This document shows positions 1-9,566 of a stretch of 64,000 bases of DNA, piece by piece (position 1 is the stretch's first letter; every line of letters starts with the position of its first letter). The position numbers were made by a program, and so were the translations under genes. Below the pieces are notes generated by a model. The model made no database searches. It saw only the letters and a list, made by a program, of their open reading frames with translations, and was not told the DNA's origin. This stretch comes from Anaerolineae bacterium (GTDB lineage: Bacteria; Chloroflexota; Anaerolineae; Anaerolineales; UBA4823), in NCBI GenBank assembly GCA_003130835.1, contig QEXX01000089.1:36449-100448 (forward strand), given 5' to 3'.

Positions 1-795
1 CTCTCCCTGACAGAGGTTTTTACCGCTACGCAAACCCAAGCCGCCATTACACCAACCTTAACGCCGACAATTACTCCTACTGCTGAGCCAACACTCACTC
101 CCACGCCCTACACATACGAAGCGTTCCAAGCAGAATATCAGGATTTACTCAAAAATTATCAAGAAGATATTCAGCTCAGCGAAGAGGATTTACGCAATAT
201 TGTCCGCAATCAATTGCTATACGAAAAAATGCAAGAGGCTATTTTGGCTGAGTTAGGCATATTCCAAGAGCAAGAAGTGATTTGGGCAAGACATATCCTC
301 GTAAACGACGAGACAACGGCGCAAGAAGTGCTGAGCAAGCTCAAGGCTGGTGAAGATTGGACAAGTCTGGCTGCCGAATATTCACAAGACACCAGCAATA
401 AAGACAGTGGCGGCGATTTAGGTTGGTTTCACCGCGGTACGATGGTTGCAGAATTCGAAAATGCAGCCTTCTCCCTGAAGGAAATCGGCGAGATCAGCCA
501 ACCGGTCCAAACGCAGTTTGGCTTCCACATTATCCAACTGTTAGGCCGCGAAACACGGCGGCTCTCAGACAGCGAGTGGGAGCAATTCAAGGCAAGTGAA
601 TTCCAAAAATGGATATCCGGCCTAAGAGAATCAGCGAAAATCGAGATTGATGAAACCTGGAAGAACCGAGTTGCCTCTGAACCGGCAATTCCACAAGAAG
701 TTCAACAAGCTATCGCTTCCCTTAGCATGACGCTGAATCAACCCATGCAACAACCTACCACCCAACCAACGCCTGAGGGCACGCCTACCCCTTAA
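1..795 (+). CDS. PpiC/parvulin-type peptidyl-prolyl cis-trans isomerase (5' end cut by window edge)
   Basis: Frame 1 is open from base 1 with no stop before the listed Met at 214. The parvulin core is present: ARHILV...GGDLGWF...FGFHIIQL. Both ends are Thr/Pro/Gln-rich linker-like sequence. Confidence 0.8.
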   Translation, partial: LSLTEVFTATQTQAAITPTLTPTITPTAEPTLTPTPYTYEAFQAEYQDLLKNYQEDIQLSEEDLRNIVRNQLLYEKMQEAILAELGIFQEQEVIWARHILVNDETTAQEVLSKLKAGEDWTSLAAEYSQDTSNKDSGGDLGWFHRGTMVAEFENAAFSLKEIGEISQPVQTQFGFHIIQLLGRETRRLSDSEWEQFKASEFQKWISGLRESAKIEIDETWKNRVASEPAIPQEVQQAIASLSMTLNQPMQQPTTQPTPEGTPTP

Positions 796-809
796 GGAAT
801 ACCGATCCA

Positions 810-864
810 AACAAGACGTTGCAGCGCTTTCTCACAGAAAACAGAGAGCACGCAACGTCTTGTT
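810..864. terminator. Long inverted repeat between convergent genes (candidate bidirectional terminator)
   Basis: aacaagacgttgc (810-822) is the exact reverse complement of gcaacgtcttgtt (852-864). It sits between the PPIase stop (795) and the smc stop (881). Confidence 0.5.
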
Positions 865-880
865 AAGTCCTTAGTTGTGT

Positions 881-3800
881 CTATCCGATGACTCGATCTA
901 ACTCGTCAAGCTTTAAGCTCATCACTTGACTGGTTGAATCGCGCCCCATGGTAACGCCATAGATAATATCCGCTACTTGCACCGTATTACGGTTATGAGT
1001 CACAATGATAAATTGGGTGTTTCGGCTTAGCTCACGTAAAACTTCCTGAAAGCGGCCGACATTCGCTTCATCTAACATCGCATCGACTTCATCCAAAACA
1101 CAAAAGGGAGTCGGGGATACTTTCAACAAAGCAAATATTAAAGCCACTGCCGTTAGGCTTCTCTCTCCACCTGAAAGCAAGGACAACCCTTGAGTTCGTT
1201 TGCCTGGCAAGCGTGCTTCAATCTCAATGCCGGCATTGGTGAGGTCGTCTGGATCGGTTAGGAACAATCTAGCACTTCCCCCTTTGAATAAACGCATAAA
1301 GATGGTCTTGAACTCCTCTGCAACAGCTTCATAAGTTTTTAGGAAATCTTGCCGAATGGTTTGATCCAACTGACGAAGTATTTCCAAGATATCTGCTTCA
1401 GCCTTGAGCAAGTCAGCAATTTGTTCTTGCATGAATCGATACCGCTCTTTCACCTGTTCATACTCTACTTTAGCTTCTTGACTGACCGGACCAAGACGGC
1501 GCAATTGCTGACGGTAACGCCGGATGTTCTCTTCTAAATCAGGTGAAATTTGAAGGACATTGGGTAACGTCTCCACCATCCCTTCAAGCGGTAAAGGACG
1601 CTGACCACTGACATCCTCATCGTATTCAAATGCCACCAAGCCAAAATCCTCTTCGATCTTCCGTCGCAGTGCATCAAACCGCTCTTGTTGTCGGGTTAGA
1701 GTAATACGAAGTTGAGCAACGGACTGTTCCTGCTGAAGAAGGGAATGCTGTAATTCCTGAATCTCGCCATTGAAAGCCTCAAGCTGAGATTCTTCGCCTT
1801 CAATTTCTTGCTTCAAGGGTTCAATTTTTATCAAGAGCTCATTTTGTTTCTGTTGGTTCTCCTGCTCTTGATCCTTCAAGGTAGCTATCTTCGCTTCAAT
1901 GTCTGTGATTTGCTGCTCCGTGTCCTGCTGCTGCTCTTCAAGGTGCAAGATACGTTGTTTCACGCGTTCAAGTTGCTGTAAACGCTCTTGTGTCCTTTTC
2001 CGTGCGCTGCTTAATGAACGCTCTGCCGTCTGTAGATAGGCTTCCCACTGATCCACCTCGCGGATCAATTGTTCAAGCGACACTTCGGCAAGTTGCTGGC
2101 TCTGCTCACGGAGCTGAACCTCCAAACGTGGCAGTTGCTGTCCAATCGCTTCAATAGTCTTCTTTTCCGTTTCGATTTCATTTTGCAATGAGATGCTCTC
2201 GATTTGCAATTCACCTAACTGCCGAACGATGAGCTCCTGGCGAATCCGCGTTCTTTCAAGTTCTTGATTGCGTTGATTAGATTCTTTCTCGATTGCATTT
2301 AACTTTTCTTGTATCCTAGCTCGCTGCTGGTGCAGTGTTGCTTTTTGAGTATGAGTTTGCTCAATTTGTTTTTCTAAATCATTGATTTCTTGATCCAAAG
2401 TTGTAATTTGTTTCTCGAGCAGATGAAGCCGTTGACGGATCTCTTGCTTCTCACGTGGGCGACGTAACTTTCCAGCCTCGATTTTCCCGGCGCTGACCAT
2501 CCAACCTTGCGGATAATACAATTCCCCATTTAGGGTTACCAGAATCGGAGGATCACTCAAAGTGCGTTGATATTCCTGCGCTATCTTTGAATTCTCAACT
2601 AATAACACCCGGTAAAAGACCTTCTCCAACACATCTTGATAGGGTGAATCAATCTGGATCAGATCTTTCAGCCATCCGATTGTGCCTTTTTTCGTTAAAG
2701 CGGGTACTTCAGTGGAAACAGCTTTTCCTTCTAAGGGCAATAAAACTCCACGCAAGTTTTCCTTAGATAAAAATTCTGCGGCTTTCGCTGCCCGATCCGC
2801 ATCTCGAATCAAAATCATCTCGGCAAATTCACCTAAATAAGCAGCTACAGCGATTTCATACTCAGGCGGAATATGCAACATCGAACCCAAAACCCCGACG
2901 ATGCCATTGCGTTCTCGCTGACGATAAAGAGCCTTGACCGCTTGACTGTAGTCCGTCAGAGCTTGATCGGCTTGTTCTAACACAGTCAACTGGGTGGATA
3001 ATTTCACTCTTTCCGCTTCAAGTTTTGCGCGTTGTTTTTGTTTGTCAATTCTTTGATCGAGTTTGACTTGGAGTTCTTGTTCCAAACGCTCTAAGAGTTG
3101 CTGGTAACGATGATAGGTTTCTAGGTGGGTGGCTCTCTCTTGACGGAAGCCCTCAAGCTCTTCTTTCTTGAGCAAAAGCTCTTTTTCCAAATTCGCTACC
3201 TCTGCTTCTCTCTCTTTGGAAAGGTTGACCCGTTGGGTTCGCCGCTGCATCAGTTCATGCAGGCGAGCTTCCGACTCGGCATTTTGGCGCAGCAGTGCAG
3301 TGTACTGAGCATTGATTGCCTCTAAAGCCGCTTTCTTTTGATTGTACTGCTCGTTTTGCTGGGCAAATTTCTCTCGAGCAACTTTAGTTTGCTCAAAAAC
3401 CCCTTGATATTCCGCTTCAAGTGCTGCCTGCTCTTGCTGGGCTTCTTGAAGTTTCTCTTCCAAATATTTCTCCTCTTCCCTGAAGCGATTGCATTCCGCC
3501 TCGAGGTTCATCCGAGTTGAGCGCAAGGATGAAAGGCGTTCCTCAAACACTGCCAATTGCCGAGCGTTCAGATAGTGAGCCTCAATTAAACGGTTGAGCG
3601 CTTGCTGCCATTGGGAGAGTTGCTCTCGTTTGGCATTGGTTTGCAGGCGAATTTGGGAGAGTTCTTCCTCCTTAACTGCCAATTGAATGCGCATCTGGTG
3701 AATGGCTTGTTCGCGTTGTTTGACAAATTCTTTTTGTAAAATCAATTCCTTTTGTTCACGGTGCCAGTGATAACCATACCATTCCAACAAAAGCTGTTTG

Positions 3801-4471
3801 AGCACCGAGCGAACCTGTTCGTATTCTTCCAACCTTTTGACCTGCTTTTCCAAGCTTCTGAGTCTGGGTTCGATTTCGGATAAGAGGTCATAGATCCGTT
3901 CGATATTTCTCTTTGTGGCATCCAGGCGACGCAAAGCCTCTTCTCGGCGATCGCGATAGAGACCAATTGCTGCGGCCTCTTCAAATAATTGGCGCCGATC
4001 CTCGGCTTTCAGCGCTAGGGCAACATCGACCAACCCTTGCCCGATCACCGTATAGGTCCGTTCCGCTAAACCCGACCTTGCTAACAGCTCATTGACATCC
4101 TTTAAGCGAACTCTTTGCCCATTAATCAAATATTCATTTTGACCATCGCGGTACGCACGGCGAGTGATTGCAACCTCGCTAAATTCAATCGGCAACCATT
4201 GTTCAGCATTATCGAAAACCATGGTCGCCTGCGCCATCCCCGCTCTTGCCCGTAGCTCTGAACCAGAAAAAATCATATCTTCGGTTTTGCGACCACGCAG
4301 CAGGGTGAAAGATTGTTCTCCTAAAACCCAACGGATAGCATCGGCGATATTGGACTTGCCAGAACCGTTTGGGCCAACAATCGCCGTAACCGCCTCACTA
4401 AAAACGAATAGCGTCCGATTTGCAAAGGTTTTATAACCCTGCAACTCTAAAGACTTCAACCGTTGAGCCAT
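881..4471 (-). CDS. smc: Chromosome partition protein SMC
   Basis: 1196 aa. It has an N-terminal Walker A (GPNGSGKSN), very long coiled coils with a central hinge, a C-terminal signature (LSGGE) and Walker B (LDEVDAMLD). It is adjacent to rnc as in many bacteria. Confidence 0.95.
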   Translation of the reverse strand: MAQRLKSLELQGYKTFANRTLFVFSEAVTAIVGPNGSGKSNIADAIRWVLGEQSFTLLRGRKTEDMIFSGSELRARAGMAQATMVFDNAEQWLPIEFSEVAITRRAYRDGQNEYLINGQRVRLKDVNELLARSGLAERTYTVIGQGLVDVALALKAEDRRQLFEEAAAIGLYRDRREEALRRLDATKRNIERIYDLLSEIEPRLRSLEKQVKRLEEYEQVRSVLKQLLLEWYGYHWHREQKELILQKEFVKQREQAIHQMRIQLAVKEEELSQIRLQTNAKREQLSQWQQALNRLIEAHYLNARQLAVFEERLSSLRSTRMNLEAECNRFREEEKYLEEKLQEAQQEQAALEAEYQGVFEQTKVAREKFAQQNEQYNQKKAALEAINAQYTALLRQNAESEARLHELMQRRTQRVNLSKEREAEVANLEKELLLKKEELEGFRQERATHLETYHRYQQLLERLEQELQVKLDQRIDKQKQRAKLEAERVKLSTQLTVLEQADQALTDYSQAVKALYRQRERNGIVGVLGSMLHIPPEYEIAVAAYLGEFAEMILIRDADRAAKAAEFLSKENLRGVLLPLEGKAVSTEVPALTKKGTIGWLKDLIQIDSPYQDVLEKVFYRVLLVENSKIAQEYQRTLSDPPILVTLNGELYYPQGWMVSAGKIEAGKLRRPREKQEIRQRLHLLEKQITTLDQEINDLEKQIEQTHTQKATLHQQRARIQEKLNAIEKESNQRNQELERTRIRQELIVRQLGELQIESISLQNEIETEKKTIEAIGQQLPRLEVQLREQSQQLAEVSLEQLIREVDQWEAYLQTAERSLSSARKRTQERLQQLERVKQRILHLEEQQQDTEQQITDIEAKIATLKDQEQENQQKQNELLIKIEPLKQEIEGEESQLEAFNGEIQELQHSLLQQEQSVAQLRITLTRQQERFDALRRKIEEDFGLVAFEYDEDVSGQRPLPLEGMVETLPNVLQISPDLEENIRRYRQQLRRLGPVSQEAKVEYEQVKERYRFMQEQIADLLKAEADILEILRQLDQTIRQDFLKTYEAVAEEFKTIFMRLFKGGSARLFLTDPDDLTNAGIEIEARLPGKRTQGLSLLSGGERSLTAVALIFALLKVSPTPFCVLDEVDAMLDEANVGRFQEVLRELSRNTQFIIVTHNRNTVQVADIIYGVTMGRDSTSQVMSLKLDELDRVIG

Positions 4472-4473
4472 GC

Positions 4474-5142
4474 TTACTTATCCAATCCCAAGCATTTGAG
4501 TGCCATTTTGGCAGCATTCTTGGAGGCTACCCGTTTGTTTGGACCTTCCCCCTTGCCATAACAGCGATTGCCGATATATACCTCAACTTCGAAGGTTTTT
4601 GCATGCTCCGGTCCGCGCACCGAGATAGTCCGATAGGAAGGTGGGCCATATCCGTTCGATTGTGCCCATTCTTGTAAAACGCTTTTGGGTTCACGCTCTT
4701 TATTCTGCGCAATGATTTCTTCGGCTGTCTTCTCTACAATGGGCTTTAGGAAGTTTTGTACCGTCTCAATCCCTCCATCAAGATAGATCGCCCCAACCAC
4801 AGCCTCAAAGGTTGCACATAATAGATTTACCCGCTCTCGCCCCCCTGACTCAACCTCTCCTTTTCCCAACCGCATCATTTCGCCCAAACCCAATTGTCTG
4901 GCAAACTCGGCTAACTGCTCTGTTTTTACCAATGCTGAGCGGAGTTTCGTCAAGTCGCCTTCTGCCATTTCAGGGTAATGATGATACACCCAATCCGCCA
5001 CAAAAAAATCTAACACTGCATCCCCCAAGAACTCAAGCCGCTCGTTATCTTCGATTACTTCGCTATGCTCATTCAAATAGGAACGATGCGTTAAGGCACG
5101 TTGTAATAAGTATTCATCTTTAATCGGGAGAGATTGCCTCAT
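4474..5142 (-). CDS. rnc: Ribonuclease III
   Basis: 222 aa. It carries the RNase III signature NERLEFLGDAVL and a C-terminal dsRBD. Its stop is 2 nt from the smc start. Confidence 0.93.
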   Translation of the reverse strand: MRQSLPIKDEYLLQRALTHRSYLNEHSEVIEDNERLEFLGDAVLDFFVADWVYHHYPEMAEGDLTKLRSALVKTEQLAEFARQLGLGEMMRLGKGEVESGGRERVNLLCATFEAVVGAIYLDGGIETVQNFLKPIVEKTAEEIIAQNKEREPKSVLQEWAQSNGYGPPSYRTISVRGPEHAKTFEVEVYIGNRCYGKGEGPNKRVASKNAAKMALKCLGLDK

Positions 5143-6265
5143 ATTTCTCCAGTGATTTATATCCAGAACCAGTTAGGATGGCAACAACAGGCTGTTTCAT
5201 GACATGAACGTGCTTGGTTAGGACTGGAAACACCACCGCCGAGGTAGCTTCAATCATCAAGCCCATACGAGCTGCAGTTTTCATTTCTTCTAGAATTTCC
5301 TCTTCATCCACAGCAAAAAACGAGCCACCGCTCCGCTCGACCGTTTGCAAAACCGCATCCCCTCGCAAGGGATACTTGATGCGAATGCCTTCTGCCATCG
5401 TTTCCCCTTCCGACACCCACGCCAACCCGGCTGCGCCGTAAGAATGAACTGCCCAAAGCGGAGCACATGCCCGTGCTTGCACGCCATAGATTTGGGGCAA
5501 ACGTTCGATTTTACCACGCGCAACTAACCACTCAAACCCTAAAGCCACACCCAATAATAACCCTCCCTGGCCAGCCGGTAACACAAGGCTGCCCGGTGCA
5601 CGGCCGATTTGTTCAAACAACTCTATCGCTAGAGTAGCATATCCTGCCAAATTAAAAGGCATAGAAGCATGGCTAGCGTAACAGGCTGTTGGTGCTGTCT
5701 TAGCCTTCAGATCACGCCGTAATGCTTCGGTTACGGCTGATCGAGACCCCTCGATTGGATGAACAACGGCATCCACCGTTTTCATTTGCTCCATTTTGAC
5801 CCCCGATGCGCTCGCCGGTACGTAGAGATGTGCTTCCATCCCTGCCCGCGCTGCATATGCCGCTAAAGAAGCCCCCGCATTGCCAGACGAATCCTCATAT
5901 ACGGTTTGAATGCCTCGGCTGATGAGAAACTGCACACAAGCTGCACTCCCCCGATCCTTGAACGATCCCGTTGGATTCAGAAATTCACACTTAAAGCCAA
6001 CCTCGCTCGTCTTTCCATCTTCACTTTCAATTGAACCCCATACCAATGGGGTCAATCCTTCTCCCAATGTCATCGTCGCCGGAGCTTCGCCAAAGGCCTC
6101 CACTTGTAAATAGTTCCAAATTCCTTTGGCAGTGTCTTTCCAACTGGATGGCTCGATTAGGGGTAACTCCGTAAGGTCATAGATTCCGGTGCAGATCACA
6201 CAACGGTCGGGCGCGCCTTCCGGTGGATAGGGTTTGCCACAATTTGAACACCGAATGGACAACAT
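5120..6265 (-). CDS. Threonine synthase family PLP enzyme with N-terminal zinc ribbon (archaeal-type ThrC-like)
   Basis: 381 aa. The N-terminus is CSNCG...CVIC. The PLP-lysine motif is NPTGSFKDRG, and the fold-type II glycine-rich loops are present. It overlaps the rnc start by 23 nt and lies 5 nt downstream of the moaD-moaE fusion. Confidence 0.75.
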   Translation of the reverse strand: MLSIRCSNCGKPYPPEGAPDRCVICTGIYDLTELPLIEPSSWKDTAKGIWNYLQVEAFGEAPATMTLGEGLTPLVWGSIESEDGKTSEVGFKCEFLNPTGSFKDRGSAACVQFLISRGIQTVYEDSSGNAGASLAAYAARAGMEAHLYVPASASGVKMEQMKTVDAVVHPIEGSRSAVTEALRRDLKAKTAPTACYASHASMPFNLAGYATLAIELFEQIGRAPGSLVLPAGQGGLLLGVALGFEWLVARGKIERLPQIYGVQARACAPLWAVHSYGAAGLAWVSEGETMAEGIRIKYPLRGDAVLQTVERSGGSFFAVDEEEILEEMKTAARMGLMIEATSAVVFPVLTKHVHVMKQPVVAILTGSGYKSLEKYEAISPD

Positions 6266-6270
6266 AAAGG

Positions 6271-6975
6271 CTACTCCCCTTTCTTGGGTATGTACTCCCC
6301 CTCAACCCAGTATTCGCCCTTTGCTCCTACCTCCTTTTTCCAAACCGGTACAATCTCTTTAACTCGATCAATTCCGTAGCGAGCCGCTTCAAAGATACCT
6401 TGATCGCGGTGAGCAGCCGTGCATGCCACTAAAATCGTCGGTGTTCCCGGGTCTAAATGTCCTAAACGCTGGATGATTGCCACCCCTTCAACCAGAGGCC
6501 AACGCTGGCGAATTTCCTCTGCCACTTGGCGCATTTTTTCTATTGCCATTGCTTCATAGGCTTCATACTCCAAGTATGAAGTCTCAACTGGACGCTTTCG
6601 TTCGGTAACTTGGCGCACAAAACCAACGAAGACACAGCTTCCACCCGTGGTCGGACGAACAAGGCGCTTTAAGACTTGATCAATATCAAAGACCTGCTCG
6701 GTTAGCTCTAGGATGGTTGGCATAGCCTCATTACCGCCGCTGACCGGGGGAAAGATCGCCACTTCAGCGCCATCCTGAATCAAATCTTCATCAAAGGCAA
6801 ACTCCTTATTGACAGAGACCAAAATGCTTGAAAAATCTAAAGCAAGCTCAGGATAACGGTCGCGCAAGAATTGCTTGAATTGTCCCACATTGAGCGGCTG
6901 CTCAAACGTAAACTGTTCCTCAGATTTACCGATCTTCTGTTTATACGTGGCGAAGTAGAGTACACGGATGTTCAC
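6271..6975 (-). CDS. Molybdopterin synthase, fused MoaD (small subunit) - MoaE (catalytic subunit)
   Basis: 234 aa. Residues 1-81 form a MoaD-like beta-grasp ending ...AIFPPVSGG. The frame then continues without a stop into a MoaE-like domain (GGSCVFVGFVR...AHRDQGIFEAARYGIDRVKEIVPVWKKE). Confidence 0.85.
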   Translation of the reverse strand: MNIRVLYFATYKQKIGKSEEQFTFEQPLNVGQFKQFLRDRYPELALDFSSILVSVNKEFAFDEDLIQDGAEVAIFPPVSGGNEAMPTILELTEQVFDIDQVLKRLVRPTTGGSCVFVGFVRQVTERKRPVETSYLEYEAYEAMAIEKMRQVAEEIRQRWPLVEGVAIIQRLGHLDPGTPTILVACTAAHRDQGIFEAARYGIDRVKEIVPVWKKEVGAKGEYWVEGEYIPKKGE

Positions 6976-6993
6976 AAAACCTCCAATAACCGA

Positions 6994-7473
6994 TTATTCG
7001 TTACGGATATCTCCACTACGTCCGCCATGTTTTTCAACAAGGCGAATGTTCTGTATGCGCATGGTTTTTTCCACCGCCTTGACCATGTCATAGACAGTCA
7101 GCGCTGCCACGCTGACAGCGGTTAAGGCTTCCATCTCCACACCAGTTTTACCACTCGTCCTCACCTTAGATTGAATCTGCACACCTGGCAAGGCTTCATC
7201 GATCCATACTTCAACCTCAATTAAGTCAAGATTCAGAGGATGGCACAATGGAATCAAGTCCGACGTTTTCTTAGCAGCCAAAATGCCGGCAATGCGAGCG
7301 ACATTAAGCAAATCGCCCTTTTTGGTCAATCCACCTCGAATTGCTGCTAGGGTGTCCGGTCGCATCAAGACCTCCCCGCGCGCAACCGCCCAACGCTCAG
7401 TTATGCCTTTCTCCCCCACATCCACCATCCGTGCTTTGCCTTCAGGGTCTATATGGGTTAATTCGTTTGTCAT
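6994..7473 (-). CDS. moaC: Cyclic pyranopterin monophosphate synthase MoaC
   Basis: 159 aa with typical MoaC sequence: [15 protein letters not shown]...[14 protein letters not shown]...IPLCHPL...[20 protein letters not shown]. Confidence 0.93.
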   Translation of the reverse strand: MTNELTHIDPEGKARMVDVGEKGITERWAVARGEVLMRPDTLAAIRGGLTKKGDLLNVARIAGILAAKKTSDLIPLCHPLNLDLIEVEVWIDEALPGVQIQSKVRTSGKTGVEMEALTAVSVAALTVYDMVKAVEKTMRIQNIRLVEKHGGRSGDIRNE

Positions 7474-7511
7474 GGGTAAAATTATAGCATCAGATCGCTA
7501 AGACAACATCA

Positions 7512-7520
7512 TGATATAAT
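7512..7520 (+). promoter_or_regulatory. Extended -10 promoter element (TGaTATAAT) directly upstream of ftsY
   Basis: tgatataat lies at 7512-7520. The ftsY GTG start is at 7529, only 8 nt after the -10 hexamer, with no Shine-Dalgarno in between. Confidence 0.35.
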
Positions 7521-7528
7521 CTACTTTT

Positions 7529-8446
7529 GTGACTAGCATCTTCAGCAAGTGGAAAGCTGGACTTACAAAAACCAGCAAAGCGACCTTCAATCAGATCAAG
7601 TCCATCTTCGGGGGTGGAGATATTGATTCATCCATCTACGAAGACTTAGAAGCCCTTTTAATTCAAGCGGATTTAGGGATTGAAACGACCCAAGAGGTGA
7701 TGCAGGCTCTCAAGCAAGCTCAAATTGATCACAACATCATCAAGAGTTCAGAATTAGAAGCCCTGCTCCGCCAAGAATTAAGCAAGCGCATTCAAGAACC
7801 TCCCCCAATTGAACTCAATTGCCAACCAACTGTTATTCTCATTGTTGGGGTAAATGGTTCAGGAAAAACCACGACCATTGCAAAACTTGCCTATCGCTTT
7901 CGCCAACAGGGCAAAAAAGTTCTGCTTGGAGCAGCAGATACCTACCGAGCAGCCGCAATCGATCAATTGCAAGTCTGGGCAGAGCGCCTTGACCTCCCAA
8001 TTATCGCCGGCTCGCCAGGTGCCGACTCTGGTGCAGTCGCCTATGACACGGTTCAAGCAGCGATTGCCCGCAAAGCCGATGTCGTCATCATCGACACGGC
8101 TGGTCGCTTACACACCCGTTATAATCTGATGGAAGAACTAAAAAAGGTGCATCGTGTAATTGGAAAAGCTTTGCCCGGTGCACCGCACTACGTTTGGTTG
8201 GTTTTAGATGCCACGACTGGACAGAATGCCCTCCAACAAGCTCGGGCTTTTAAACAAGCCGTTCAAATCAACGGCGTCATTCTCGCCAAACTCGATTCCT
8301 CTGCAAGAGGAGGCATGGCTTTTGCGATCCAAAAAGAACTTGGCGTCCCTATCTATTTCGCCGGTTTAGGCGAGACTTTTGAAGATCTAGAGCCTTTCAA
8401 TCCCCAAGCTTTCTTGGACGGAATCCTATCTCCTACACCATCGTAA
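7529..8446 (+). CDS. ftsY: Signal recognition particle receptor FtsY
   Basis: 305 aa NG-domain protein with motifs GVNGSGKTTT, DTAGR and LAKLD. It has a GTG start. Confidence 0.93.
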   Translation: MTSIFSKWKAGLTKTSKATFNQIKSIFGGGDIDSSIYEDLEALLIQADLGIETTQEVMQALKQAQIDHNIIKSSELEALLRQELSKRIQEPPPIELNCQPTVILIVGVNGSGKTTTIAKLAYRFRQQGKKVLLGAADTYRAAAIDQLQVWAERLDLPIIAGSPGADSGAVAYDTVQAAIARKADVVIIDTAGRLHTRYNLMEELKKVHRVIGKALPGAPHYVWLVLDATTGQNALQQARAFKQAVQINGVILAKLDSSARGGMAFAIQKELGVPIYFAGLGETFEDLEPFNPQAFLDGILSPTPS

Positions 8447-8464
8447 CCGCGGAGAACACAACTT

Positions 8465-9566
8465 ATGGAAGACCTGCTCGAACGACTAAGAGAACAATCT
8501 GAACGAATCCATCATCTTCTGGTGCGTCTTTGACATCCTAGAAAAAGAACAAAAACTCATTCTTTTGCAAAAACAAACTGAGACTGAAGATTTTTGGCAA
8601 AATCCAGACCAAGCTCAGGAGGTGATGAAGAAAATTGCTTGGCTGAACGACGAAGTGCAACCTTGGGTGGAATTGCGCCAAAAGATCAACGATGCCTTAG
8701 AACTAGCATCGTTAGGGGATGAATCCCTACGGCAAGAACTCGAATCGGAAATCGAAACCATTGAAGCTGCAATCCAAAAACGCGAGTTCTTTGCCATGTT
8801 TTCTGGTAAATACGATCGCCATGATGCTTTATTGGCAATTCACGCTGGCGCCGGTGGGACCGATTCTCAGGACTGGGCAGAGATGCTAGAGCGCATGTAT
8901 TTACGCTGGGCAGAACGAAACGGCTTCCAAACTGATATCCTCGATCGCAGCATCGGTGAAGAAGCTGGGATCAAAAGTGTTACCATCTCCGTCGAAGGCA
9001 AATACGCCTACGGTTATTTGCGCTCTGAGAAAGGTGTACACCGCTTGGTGCGTTTATCTCCTTTCGATGCCTCTCATCGCCGCCATACTTCCTTTGCGTT
9101 GGTCGAGGTCTTACCTCAAGTCGAAGATGATCACGAAATCGAAATCAATCCGAACGACTTACGTATTGATACTTTTCGCTCCGCTGGCGCAGGGGGACAG
9201 AACGTTCAAAAGAACGATACAGCGGTGCGGATTACCCATCTCCCAACTGGCATCGTCGTCACCTGCCAGAACGAACGCTCTCAAGTTCAAAATCGCGAAA
9301 ACGCTCTGCGTGTCTTACGCGCTCGCTTATTAGAACTTAAGCAAAGAGAACAAGAAGAACAGATAGCACAACTGCGGGGTGAATTCCAAAAAGTGGAATG
9401 GGGCAGCCAAATCCGCTCTTATGTGCTTCATCCCTACCAAATGGTCAAGGACCATCGAACCGGGTATGAAACGAGCAATACTACCGCTGTTTTGGATGGG
9501 GAACTGAATGGCTTTATGGAAGCCTACTTGCGCAGTCAAATCGGAGAAGTCGCATCCACTGGCTAA
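8465..9566 (+). CDS. prfB: Peptide chain release factor 2, with programmed +1 ribosomal frameshift
   Basis: ATG 8465 opens a 22-codon frame (MEDLLERLREQSERIHHLLVRL) ending at CTT TGA C (8528-8534). A shift of +1 at 8531 joins the long frame (8532..9566) in phase. SPF and GGQ motifs are present. The joined product is about 366 aa. Confidence 0.9.

Noticed and set aside
881-4471. SMC-family ATPase considered as a Wadjet/Lamassu-type defence component
   Set aside because: It has the canonical 1196-aa SMC layout and sits in the conserved rnc-smc arrangement. ftsY is nearby and scpB is in the same window. No JetA/B/D- or LmuA-like partners are present.
7474-7528. Possible Moco riboswitch upstream of moaC
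   Set aside because: The intergenic gap is only 55 nt and is occupied by the divergent ftsY promoter. That is too short for the ~130-nt Moco RNA motif, and no conserved elements were seen.
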